Assembly: GCA_018883455.1 (NCBI GenBank)
Contig: VEQC01000001.1
Coordinates: 1 to 56,983 of the forward strand
DNA from: Limnohabitans sp.
GTDB taxonomy: Bacteria > Pseudomonadota > Gammaproteobacteria > Burkholderiales > Burkholderiaceae_C
Length of the DNA: 56,983 nt
Direction of reading: 5' to 3'
A program made the position numbers and the translations under genes. Below are positions 47,150 through 55,938 of this stretch, in pieces; the first letter of the stretch is position 1; every line of letters starts with the position of its first letter. The notes beneath the pieces were generated by a model that saw nothing but the letters and a program-made list of their open reading frames with translations, did no database searches and had not been told where the DNA came from.

Positions 47150-47742
47150 GCCACATCGCACTCATCATGATCGACTTGCAGCAGGATTTTTTAGCCCCTG
47201 AGGGCGCCTACGCCCGAGGCGGGGTGGTGAGCCCTGCGGCGCAGGCCTTGCCCGCGCGCATGCGGGAAGTGGCGCAAACGGTCAAGGGTCAAGGCGGCAT
47301 GGTTTGCGCGAGCCTCTTCACGCTCTGGCCTGATGCGCAGGGCGAGCCCATGGTCTCGCCGCACTTGCTCGCCAAGCGGCCCTTTTTGCGCCGGGGCGAC
47401 TTCGCCCCCAACAGTGAAGGCCAGGCCCTGGTGCCCAGCCTGCGCGAGGTGGTGGACCTGTGTGTGTGGAAAGTGGCGTACTCGGCGTTTTTCAACACCC
47501 AGCTTGATTGGGTCTTGCGCCGTGCGGGCGTGACCACCCTGGCCGTCTCGGGCATCGTGACCAATGGGGGCGTGGCCAGCACGGTGCGTGACGCCCACAT
47601 GCGCGACTACGATACCGTGGTGCTGAGCGACGGTTGCGCGGCTTTCTCCGAGCGCACCCACGCGGCATCCCTCGAAGACATGGCCACCATTGCCGAGGTC
47701 ATGACTTGCGCGCAATTCATGCAGCGCTTGCAACAACCCTAA
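47146..47742 (+). CDS. Isochorismatase-family protein lacking the catalytic Cys
   Basis: MIDLQQDF (Asp), KVAYSAF (Lys), GIVTNGGVASTVRDA where family amidases have GxxTxxCV. Confidence 0.85.
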   Translation: MSHIALIMIDLQQDFLAPEGAYARGGVVSPAAQALPARMREVAQTVKGQGGMVCASLFTLWPDAQGEPMVSPHLLAKRPFLRRGDFAPNSEGQALVPSLREVVDLCVWKVAYSAFFNTQLDWVLRRAGVTTLAVSGIVTNGGVASTVRDAHMRDYDTVVLSDGCAAFSERTHAASLEDMATIAEVMTCAQFMQRLQQP

Positions 47743-47761
47743 AGCCACCGCGCGCACGCCC

Positions 47762-49174
47762 ATGACGGATCTCACCCAAGCCATCGCCACAACGCCCGAG
47801 GTACGGGAGTGCGAGGGGGCTTTGGACGCGCCGGAGGTGCCTGTCATCATCATTGGCGGTGGGGCTTGTGGCCTCACGGCCGGATTGGCCCTGCACCGGT
47901 TGGGCGTGGAGGCCGTGGTGCTCGAGCGCGACAGCCGCCCGAGTGGCTCGACCGCGTTGTCCTCTGGCTTCGTGCCCGCAGCGGCCACGGCAGCCCAGCG
48001 TCGTCAGGGCATTGTCGACACGCCCGCGCAGTTCGCGGCGGACATCCAGGCCAAGGCCAAGGGGCAAGCCGCCGCGCATTTGGTGCAGGCCTATAGCGAG
48101 GCCATTGGCCCGGCCATGGATGCCCTGGCCGAACACCATGGGCTGGTCTGGCAAGTACTGGATGATTTCCTCTACCCGGGCCACAGCGTGCACCGCATGC
48201 ATGCCGTGCCCGAGAAAACCGGCGAAGGCCTCATGCAGCGCTTGCAAGTCGCTGCCGACTCGGCGGGTCTGCCGCTCATGACGGATGCCCGCGTGACCGA
48301 ACTCTGGCGCGACCGCCAAGGGCGTTTGCGCGGCGTGGGCGTGCTGCGCCCCGATGGCAGCGCCGAGCGCATGGCCTGTCGGGCTTTGCTGCTCGCGTGC
48401 AATGGTTATGGTGGTTCGCCCGATTGGGTGCGCCAATGGATTCCCGAGATGGCCAGCGCCACCTACGCGGGCCATGTGGGCAACGATGGCTCGGCCGTGC
48501 AATGGGGCACGGCGCTCGGTGCCGCGCTCGCCGACATGCGCGCCTACCAAGGCCATGGATCGTGGGCGGTGCCCCAAGGCACGCTCATCTCGTGGGCCGT
48601 GATGATGCAAGGGGGCATCCAGCTCAACACCCACGGCGCGCGTTTTCACGACGAGACCCAAGGCTACTCGGAGGCCGCCATGCAGGTGCTCGCGCAACCC
48701 GAGGGTTTGGCCTTCAATGTGTTTGACGATGCCATCCTCGCCTTCGCGCAAGGTTTTCCAGATTTCGTGCAAGCCCAAGCCGCCGGGGCGGTGCGCACGT
48801 TGCCCGATGCGCGCGCGCTCGCCGCGCTCCTGGGTTGTGACGAGGCCGCCGTGCGCGCCACCTTGGCCGGCGTCACGCCCGGCACCTGCCCCCACACAGG
48901 ACGGGTCTTCACCCGCAGCTTGACCTGGCCGCTGCACGCCATTCGCGTCACCGGTGCCTTGTTCCACACCCAGGGCGGTTTGGCCATTGATGCCCAGGCC
49001 CGGGTGCTCGACCCCGCAGGGCGACCCTTGCCCAATCTGTGGGCCGCCGGTGGCGCGGCGCGGGGCGTGTCGGGGTCTGCCGTGTGGGGCTACCTCTCGG
49101 GCAACGGCTTGCTCAGCGCCATCGCGGGGGGGCACATTGCCGCCCATGCCATGGCCCAACATCTGGCGGGCTAA
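47762..49174 (+). CDS. FAD-dependent oxidoreductase, fumarate reductase/TcuA-like flavoprotein family
   Basis: IIGGGACG, GSTALSSG, NDGS, RFHDE, FHTQGGL, YLSGNGL. Confidence 0.85.
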   Translation: MTDLTQAIATTPEVRECEGALDAPEVPVIIIGGGACGLTAGLALHRLGVEAVVLERDSRPSGSTALSSGFVPAAATAAQRRQGIVDTPAQFAADIQAKAKGQAAAHLVQAYSEAIGPAMDALAEHHGLVWQVLDDFLYPGHSVHRMHAVPEKTGEGLMQRLQVAADSAGLPLMTDARVTELWRDRQGRLRGVGVLRPDGSAERMACRALLLACNGYGGSPDWVRQWIPEMASATYAGHVGNDGSAVQWGTALGAALADMRAYQGHGSWAVPQGTLISWAVMMQGGIQLNTHGARFHDETQGYSEAAMQVLAQPEGLAFNVFDDAILAFAQGFPDFVQAQAAGAVRTLPDARALAALLGCDEAAVRATLAGVTPGTCPHTGRVFTRSLTWPLHAIRVTGALFHTQGGLAIDAQARVLDPAGRPLPNLWAAGGAARGVSGSAVWGYLSGNGLLSAIAGGHIAAHAMAQHLAG

Positions 49175-49196
49175 ACGCCGCCACAGGAGAACCCTC

Positions 49197-50054
49197 ATGC
49201 TCAAATCACGCTTGCAACAACCCTCGGCTGTGCTCGCGCCTGGGGTGTACGACGCCTTGAGCGCCTTGCTCGCCGAGCAGGCGGGCTTTGAAGCCCTCTA
49301 CCTCTCGGGTGCCTCGATTGCCTACACCCGCTTGGGGCGCTCCGACATTGGGCTGACCACCGCCACCGAAGTGGCGCAAACCCTCGCCCACATCACCGAT
49401 CGGGTGCGCTTGCCCGTCATCGTGGATGCCGACACCGGCTTTGGCAACGCGCTCAATACGCAGCGCACGGTGCGCGATTTTGAGCGCGCCGGGGCGGCCA
49501 TGATCCAGATCGAAGACCAAACCTTCCCCAAGCGCTGCGGCCACCTCGATGGCAAAGGCGTGGTGCCGGTGCAAGAGATGGTGGGCAAACTCAAAGCCGC
49601 CCTCGACGCCCGGCAGTCCGACACCACCCTCATCCTCGCGCGCACCGATGCCCTGGCCATCGAAGGCCTGGAGGCCGCGCTCGAGCGCGCCGAGCACTAC
49701 CTCGCCGCCGGCGTCGATGCCCTCTTCATTGAAGCCCTGCGCACCCCCGAGCAAATGGACGCGGCCTGCCAGCGTTTTGCCGCGCGCATCCCCTTGCTCG
49801 CCAACATGGTCGAAGGCGGCAAAACCCCCATTCAAAGCGCCGACCGCCTGAGCGAGCGTGGTTTTCGCATCGTCATCTTCCCCGGCGGCACCGTGCGCGC
49901 CCTGGCCCAAAACCTCCAAGGCTATTACGCCAGCCTCGCCACCCACCGCACCACCGCCCCTTGGCAAAACCAAATGCTCGACTTCGACGGCCTGAACCAA
50001 GTCATCGGCACCCCCGACCTCCTCGCGCTGGGGCGGCGCTATGACAACCTCTGA
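49197..50054 (+). CDS. Isocitrate lyase/PEP mutase family lyase (PrpB / 2,3-dimethylmalate lyase-like)
   Basis: PGVYDALSA, VDADTGFG, IEDQTFPKRCGH, ARTDA, NMVEGGKTP; start ATG 49197 behind AGGAG. Confidence 0.9.
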   Translation: MLKSRLQQPSAVLAPGVYDALSALLAEQAGFEALYLSGASIAYTRLGRSDIGLTTATEVAQTLAHITDRVRLPVIVDADTGFGNALNTQRTVRDFERAGAAMIQIEDQTFPKRCGHLDGKGVVPVQEMVGKLKAALDARQSDTTLILARTDALAIEGLEAALERAEHYLAAGVDALFIEALRTPEQMDAACQRFAARIPLLANMVEGGKTPIQSADRLSERGFRIVIFPGGTVRALAQNLQGYYASLATHRTTAPWQNQMLDFDGLNQVIGTPDLLALGRRYDNL

Positions 50055-50106
50055 AACCCCTTGCGCAAACTGATTCGGCTAGAATTTTTGCAAGGAGGCC
50101 GGCGCG

Positions 50107-50589
50107 ATGACCATCTATACCTTGGGCTATGAAGGCTTAGACAGTCATGCCTTTACCGCGACCCTCTTGACTGAAGGTATCCAAACTGTTGTGGATGTGC
50201 GAGAGGTCCCGATTTCACGAAAACCTGGTTTTTCAAAAACCGCGCTCTCGAAACTGCTGACCGAGCTTGGCATTGCCTATCTGCACGAAGCCGCGCTCGG
50301 ATGCCCCAAAACCGTGCGCAACCAATACCGCGTGGACGGAGACTGGCACCGCTACTGCAGAGGTTTCCTCGCGCATTTGCGCACCCAAATGGAGGCTATA
50401 ACGGGTCTAGCCCAACAAGTCCAAACCAGCCGCTGCGCCTTGATCTGTTTTGAAGCGGATTTCCGCTACTGTCATCGCACCATGGTGGCCGATGCCCTGA
50501 GCGCCCAAACTAACCTGCCCGTCCAACATCTAAAAGCCACGACGCATTCGGCTACTGCCACAAGTTCGCGGTCTCTTTCGCTGGCCTAG
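50107..50589 (+). CDS. DUF488 family protein
   Basis: IYTLGYEG, VVDVREVPISRKPGFSK, ALICFE..CHR; AAGGAGG RBS. Confidence 0.88.
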   Translation: MTIYTLGYEGLDSHAFTATLLTEGIQTVVDVREVPISRKPGFSKTALSKLLTELGIAYLHEAALGCPKTVRNQYRVDGDWHRYCRGFLAHLRTQMEAITGLAQQVQTSRCALICFEADFRYCHRTMVADALSAQTNLPVQHLKATTHSATATSSRSLSLA

Positions 50590-51376
50590 GGGGGTAAATG
50601 AGACTCACAATGAACCATTGGTTTTGAAACCGGTGTAGATTACCGACCAGAAACATGAGTTGTCGGTTGTTCAAGTCTTCCTCAAATTTCCGCCGAAAGG
50701 GCGCCTCCCACCCTTTGCCGTGAAGTCGATGGCAATTCCAAAAGAGGGCAGCCACTTCCCAATCCACGATTTTGTGAACTCTCTCCGCAATTCCTACCGC
50801 AGTGCGATGGTGGTACCGGTAGTAGAAGTCATAGGGGACTTTTCGCAAGATTGCAGGTGCCTGACCCCCCTCGATTTCTGAGAAAAGCTTGAACTGAGCC
50901 TGTTCTTGAAGCAATTTTTGCTTTTCCTCGGCAGTCCAGTCTTGGCGTGCGCATGAGCGGATTTCAAGCGCGAGGATGCGTTCTGGATGGACCAGCATGA
51001 GGGATTCGTGATTCCCATGAGATGGTAGCCGGTGGCTGTCAACCCCGGCCCAGCGTGGAATTTTGACTAGCCAGGCCAAGCGTTCATTCCATTGATTTCT
51101 CGAGCTAACCCACTCTTGACATTCCAATGTGTCCACGAAGAGCCGATGACTTTCCGGGCGGTGGTCCCGTGTCGCTTTGACAGTTCGGGCCCGTATCCAT
51201 TGCCATTTCTTGAATTGCTTTCCCTTATCCAGCAGACGAAACGGGATAGGGTAGAGACGGCGCATGGCCCCCTCTTCGTTAATACCTGCAACGCATGATG
51301 TTTCTATGTGCTGCGCACTCGGAGATGGGTAAGTTTTTGCCAAAATCAGGATACGCTCGAAAACGCCGTCTGTCAC
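50552..51376 (-). CDS. Conserved hypothetical protein, DUF488-associated (possibly OB-fold)
   Basis: ILAKTYPSPS..ETSCVAGI..RLYPIPFR..FKKWQWI..DHRPES; GTG start after AGAAAGG; AT-richer than the flanks. Confidence 0.75.
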   Translation of the reverse strand: MTDGVFERILILAKTYPSPSAQHIETSCVAGINEEGAMRRLYPIPFRLLDKGKQFKKWQWIRARTVKATRDHRPESHRLFVDTLECQEWVSSRNQWNERLAWLVKIPRWAGVDSHRLPSHGNHESLMLVHPERILALEIRSCARQDWTAEEKQKLLQEQAQFKLFSEIEGGQAPAILRKVPYDFYYRYHHRTAVGIAERVHKIVDWEVAALFWNCHRLHGKGWEAPFRRKFEEDLNNRQLMFLVGNLHRFQNQWFIVSLIYPPRPAKETANLWQ

Positions 51377-51517
51377 AGCCGTGCCTTTCTGAAAGCCTTG
51401 GATTTGCCCCGAATCAACCTCAACGTGATTCGCCGTGAATAAAAATCCTACGGCCGACGCAGGCGAATGAGTGACATTTGCGATTCCTCCAACCCGTCAC
51501 TGACGCTTGACTTCACC

Positions 51518-52246
51518 ATGACCTACCGAATTCTTTTTGTGTGTATGGGCAATATTTGTCGCAGCCCGACGGCCGATGGGGTGTTGCGGCAGCGCTTGCG
51601 GGAGGCGTTTTTGGAGGGGGTGGTGAGTGTGGATTCAGCGGGCACGCACGCTTACCATGTGGGGGAGCCGCCCGATGCGCGCAGCCAAAAGCATGCGCTG
51701 GCGCGGGGCTACGATTTGTCGCCGCTGCGGGCGCGCAAATTGGTGGCCGAGGATGTCGAGCAGTTTGACCTCATCCTCACCATGGACTGGGACAACCAGC
51801 ACCTCACGGAATCGATTTGTGGGGCATCGCCCCGCATTCGCCGCTTTGCGGAGTTCTTTCAGCGCCATACCGATACCGTCGTGCCCGACCCGTATGCGGG
51901 TGGGCCGGCGGGGTTTGAGCAGGTGCTCGATTTGGTTGAAGACGGCTGTGAGGGCTTGTTGCGCCATCTGGCCACACCGGCCGTGCTCAACCGTTGTTTG
52001 CCCGAGTGGCGCCACTTGCCCGAGGAGCGGTGCATCGAGCGGGCTTGGCGCTGGCCAGACTTTCGGGCCGCCATGGCGTTTTTGCAGCAAGTCGCCGCGC
52101 ATGCCGACGCGCAAGACCATCACCCTGAAATCTGGAATGTCTACAACCAGGTGCGCTTGCGCCTGAGCACGCACGACGCGCAGGGCCTCACCCACAAGGA
52201 TTTGGCGCTCGCCGCCGCCATTGACCGTCTGGAGTCGCCGGCGTGA
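51518..52246 (+). CDS. Low-molecular-weight protein-tyrosine phosphatase fused to a pterin-4a-carbinolamine dehydratase domain
   Basis: N-terminal FVCMGNICRS, DSAGT, VPDPY; C-terminal DHHPEI..YNQV.L.LSTHDAQGLTHKD.LA; one continuous frame. Confidence 0.85.
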   Translation: MTYRILFVCMGNICRSPTADGVLRQRLREAFLEGVVSVDSAGTHAYHVGEPPDARSQKHALARGYDLSPLRARKLVAEDVEQFDLILTMDWDNQHLTESICGASPRIRRFAEFFQRHTDTVVPDPYAGGPAGFEQVLDLVEDGCEGLLRHLATPAVLNRCLPEWRHLPEERCIERAWRWPDFRAAMAFLQQVAAHADAQDHHPEIWNVYNQVRLRLSTHDAQGLTHKDLALAAAIDRLESPA

Positions 52247-53625
52247 GCGCCGACCCCCGCGCACGGCCGTGGCGCTACGGTGTCTTGGCCTGGAGTCTGG
52301 CCTTTGTCAGCATGCCGTTGTATGTGCTGTTGCCGCAGCACCTCGCGGGCGGTTTGGGCGTCTCGGTGGCGACCGTGGGAGGGCTCTTGCTGGCCGTGCG
52401 CGGGTTCGATGCGGTGGTGGACCCGTGGTTGGGCCGCCAGGTCGATGCATGGCACAGCCAAGGGCGCGTCGCCTGGTTCACACGGGTCTGGGTGCTGGCC
52501 TTGGTGCTGGCCCTGGGCTTCGCCGCCGTGTGGGCTGCAGCGCTGTGGCAACCGGGCCTGCCCGCATTGGCCGTGGCCCTGCTCGCATGCACAGTGAGCG
52601 CCACGGCCTTGGGTTTGGCGCATGTGAGTTTTGGCATGCGCATGGGGGGCGATGCCGCCGCACAAGCGCGCTTGGTGGGGTGGCGCGAGGGCGTGACCTT
52701 GGTGGGGGTGATCAGCGCCTCCGTGCTCGGCAGCAGCGTGAGCACGCCGGTGTTCGTGGCCTTGCTTGGGGCGGGGCTGGTGCTGGGCTTGGTGGTGCTC
52801 GCGCGGGTCGATTGGCCTGCCCCCGCAGATGCCACCCCCGTGCAGGGGGCGATGCAGACCGCGCCGGTTTTGCCGCCCAGCGCCGAATCGGCTCTGGCGC
52901 CCAACGCCAACAGCGTCACACCGTCTCCACATCCCCACGCCGCCGCCACTCAGGCGAGCGATGCCCCGCCGCACGTGCACCCTCTGCGCGAACCCGTGTT
53001 TCGCCAATTGCTCGCGGTGTTCATGCTCAATGGCATTGCCAGCGCCATTCCGGCCACCTTGGTGATGTTCTTCATTCGGGATCGACTGGGTGCGCCCGAG
53101 GGCACCGAGGGGCTCTATTTGGGGGCGTATTTTGTGGCGGCGGTGTTGTCCTTGCCGCTGTGGTTGCGCCTGATCGCTCGCATCGGGCTCACGCGGGCTT
53201 GGCGTGGGGCCATGCTCGCGGTGCTATTGGTATTTGTGTGGGCAGCCTTCATTGAGCGCGGACAGTATGGGGCGTATGTGGGGGTTTGCGTGGGCTCTGG
53301 CTTGTTGCTCGGGGCTGATTTGCTGGTGCCGCAAACGCTCCTGAGTCAACGCCTGGCGCAACTGGGGATTCGCGAGGCGGCGGCGGGCCAATACCTGGGG
53401 TGGTGGCAAGTGGCGACCAAGGCCAACCTCGCGCTGGCGGCGGGCCTCGCCTTGCCCTTGTTGGAGTTCATGGGCTATCAGCCCGGCAGCACCGACGATC
53501 AAGCGCTCCTGGCCTTGACCCTGGCCTATTGCGCCGTGCCATGTGTGCTCAAGCTCCTGGCCTATGCCGCGCTGCGCCGTTTGCCTCCCGACGAGGGAAG
53601 TCCGCCAGCGGCTTCCTCCGCTTGA
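52243..53625 (+). CDS. MFS transporter (GPH/MFS_2-like)
   Basis: About 12 hydrophobic segments, RGFDAVVDPWLG, WREG, KANLALAAG; GTGA overlap with the upstream gene. Confidence 0.82.
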   Translation: MSADPRARPWRYGVLAWSLAFVSMPLYVLLPQHLAGGLGVSVATVGGLLLAVRGFDAVVDPWLGRQVDAWHSQGRVAWFTRVWVLALVLALGFAAVWAAALWQPGLPALAVALLACTVSATALGLAHVSFGMRMGGDAAAQARLVGWREGVTLVGVISASVLGSSVSTPVFVALLGAGLVLGLVVLARVDWPAPADATPVQGAMQTAPVLPPSAESALAPNANSVTPSPHPHAAATQASDAPPHVHPLREPVFRQLLAVFMLNGIASAIPATLVMFFIRDRLGAPEGTEGLYLGAYFVAAVLSLPLWLRLIARIGLTRAWRGAMLAVLLVFVWAAFIERGQYGAYVGVCVGSGLLLGADLLVPQTLLSQRLAQLGIREAAAGQYLGWWQVATKANLALAAGLALPLLEFMGYQPGSTDDQALLALTLAYCAVPCVLKLLAYAALRRLPPDEGSPPAASSA

Positions 53626-53653
53626 CGCTGGATTGCCCCGACGCGCGCGCGGT

Positions 53654-54055
53654 TTAGTCCAGCCCCGCGCTCCAGCGCTCGTTCCAGGAGCGGTCAATCT
53701 GACGGCGGTCCCGCTTGGTGGGGCGGCCTTGGGTGATGCTAGTGGCGGGCTCGACCATCTGGCGACGCTGCTCTTGCAATTGCGCACGCAAGGCCAGGCT
53801 CTCGGGCGTTTCCTCATAGAGCTGTTGCGCGACCGGCGCGGGGCCGCGCATGGCGCTCAAGCCGCGCACGATCACGGTGCGGGGCATTTGGCCTTGCACG
53901 AGGGCAATGGTTTGACCCGGTTTGACCTCGCGCGACGCTTTGGCCACCTGACCATTGACCTCCACCCGGCCCTTGCCGATTTCCTCCGCAGCCAAGCTGC
54001 GCGTTTTGAAAAAACGCGCGGCCCACAGCCATTTGTCGAGGCGTTGGCTCTCCAT
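53654..54055 (-). CDS. hslR: Ribosome-associated heat shock protein Hsp15 (S4 domain)
   Basis: RLDKWLWAARFFKTRSLA, RGPAPVAQQLYEET, GRPTKRDRR. Confidence 0.93.
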   Translation of the reverse strand: MESQRLDKWLWAARFFKTRSLAAEEIGKGRVEVNGQVAKASREVKPGQTIALVQGQMPRTVIVRGLSAMRGPAPVAQQLYEETPESLALRAQLQEQRRQMVEPATSITQGRPTKRDRRQIDRSWNERWSAGLD

Positions 54056-54058
54056 ACG

Positions 54059-55372
54059 CTAGCGCGACGCGCCCATGAGGGCGTCCGGAACACTGGTGAC
54101 GATGCTGGGAAAGAGCGTGATGAGCACAATGGCCAGCAGCATGCAGCCAAAGAAGGGCAGGGTGACCCGCGCGATGCGGTTGCTGTCGATGCCCGTCATG
54201 TTTTGCAACACGAAGAGGTTAAAGCCCACGGGCGGCGTGACCTCGGCAATCTCAATGAGCAAGATGATGAAGATGCCAAACCAGACCAAATCAAAGCCCG
54301 CTTTTTGCACCATGGGCAGCACCACCGCGCTCGTGAGCACGATCATGGAGATGCCATCGAGGGCCGTGCCCAGCACCAGATAGACCACCACCAGCACCGC
54401 GATCAGGCTGTAAGGCGAGAGGCCCATGGCGGCCACAGCTTCGGCCAGCGCGCGCGGAATGCCGGTGAAGGCCATGGTCTTGGTGAGGAAGGCCGCGCCG
54501 GCCAGGATGAACATGATCATGCAGCTGATGCGGGTCGCGCCCATGAGCCCTTGCCAGAAATTCGCCCAAGTGAGCGAGCGTCCTGCCGCCGCGATGGCCA
54601 AGGAGCCCAATACCCCAAAGGCGGCGCATTCGGTGGCGGTGGCAATGCCCGCCACCAGCACCCACACAATGAAGACGATGAGCAGCGAGCAAGGAATCAA
54701 ACTGCCCGAGCGGCGCATTTTTTCCCAGAAACCCATGGGCGGCTCGGGCGGGGGAACTTGGTCGGGGTGGCGCAGGCTCCACCAAGCGATGTAGGCCGAG
54801 AACAGCCCCATGAGCAAAAAGCCCGGCAAGAAACCGGCGAGGAAGAGGCGGATCACGCTCGCGTCGGCCGCGATGGCGTAGACCACCATGGTGATGGAGG
54901 GCGGAATCAAAATACCGAGCCCCCCTGCCGCGGCGAGGGAGCCCAGGGCGATGTCGCGGTTGTAGCCACGCCGCTCGAGCTCGGGCAGGGCCACTTTGGC
55001 GATGGTCGCGCAGGTCGCCGCCGAAGAGCCCGAGACCGAGCCAAAAATGCCGCAGCCCAAAATGGTGGTGTGCATGAGACGGCCCGGCACGCGCGAGAGC
55101 CAGGGCGAGAGCCCATCAAACATTTGCTCAGACAAACGGGTGCGGTAGAGGATCTCGCCCATCCAGATAAAGAGGGGCAGGGCGGCAAGCTCCCAGCTCG
55201 CAGCGGTCTCCCAAAACGAGGAGAACAAATTCTTGCCTGGCAAGGTGGTGGTGAAAAACGCTTGGCCCACCCAGCCCACGATGGCCAGGGTCATGGCGAT
55301 CCAAACCCCGCCACTGAGCATCAAGAGCATGAGCAGCAGCAACAGGCCGCCGATTTCCAGCAAGCCCATCAC
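54059..55372 (-). CDS. TRAP large permease (DctM)
   Basis: LPLFIWMGEIL, GSSAATCA, LGILIPPS, TPPVGFNLFV. Confidence 0.92.
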   Translation of the reverse strand: MMGLLEIGGLLLLLMLLMLSGGVWIAMTLAIVGWVGQAFFTTTLPGKNLFSSFWETAASWELAALPLFIWMGEILYRTRLSEQMFDGLSPWLSRVPGRLMHTTILGCGIFGSVSGSSAATCATIAKVALPELERRGYNRDIALGSLAAAGGLGILIPPSITMVVYAIAADASVIRLFLAGFLPGFLLMGLFSAYIAWWSLRHPDQVPPPEPPMGFWEKMRRSGSLIPCSLLIVFIVWVLVAGIATATECAAFGVLGSLAIAAAGRSLTWANFWQGLMGATRISCMIMFILAGAAFLTKTMAFTGIPRALAEAVAAMGLSPYSLIAVLVVVYLVLGTALDGISMIVLTSAVVLPMVQKAGFDLVWFGIFIILLIEIAEVTPPVGFNLFVLQNMTGIDSNRIARVTLPFFGCMLLAIVLITLFPSIVTSVPDALMGASR

Positions 55373-55932
55373 AACTCCTCGGAGAAATCGCCTCGGGCGT
55401 GGCGCTCTTCCACCCGCGCGACATAGCTCGGTTTGCCCCCGCGCAAGACGGTGAGCGTTTCATCGGCCACGGCAATCACAAAGAGCATCGCCCCGATGAC
55501 AAAACTCACCTGCGGAATCCAGATGGGAATGGGCACCATATTGCCCGCGATGTCCTGAAACTCGTAGCTCTCCCAGGTGAAGCGCGCGGCCCAGTAGGCC
55601 AGGTAGCCAATGGCCAGCAGCGCCACGAGCAGGCAGAGCACTTCGAGCGTTTGACGCGCTTTGGCGGGCACCTTCTCCAACAACAAGGTCACGCGCACGA
55701 AGTCGCCATTGCGAAAGCTGTAGGCCATGCCCAAAAAGGCCGAGGCCGCGCATAGCCAGGAGACCACATCGTTGACCCAGCTCACCCGCCAGTCGAGCTC
55801 GCGGCCGATCGACGCCCACACCATGAGGATGAAGATGGCGAGCACGCACAGGGCGGCGAGGGCGCCGCCCAGAGCGTAGAGCGCGTCAAGGCCCCGGCGC
55901 AGCAGGCCGGGGCGGTGGGCGTGTGAAGTCAT
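55369..55932 (-). CDS. TRAP small permease (DctQ)
   Basis: Four TM segments, GDFVRVTL, PIWIPQ. Confidence 0.88.
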   Translation of the reverse strand: MTSHAHRPGLLRRGLDALYALGGALAALCVLAIFILMVWASIGRELDWRVSWVNDVVSWLCAASAFLGMAYSFRNGDFVRVTLLLEKVPAKARQTLEVLCLLVALLAIGYLAYWAARFTWESYEFQDIAGNMVPIPIWIPQVSFVIGAMLFVIAVADETLTVLRGGKPSYVARVEERHARGDFSEEL

Positions 55933-55938
55933 CCGGGC

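Noticed and set aside
43419-49204. Long minus-strand ORFs (476, 717 and 495 aa) opposite the hydantoinase and flavoprotein genes
   Set aside because: Antisense shadows with no motifs; the plus-strand genes have clear family signatures.
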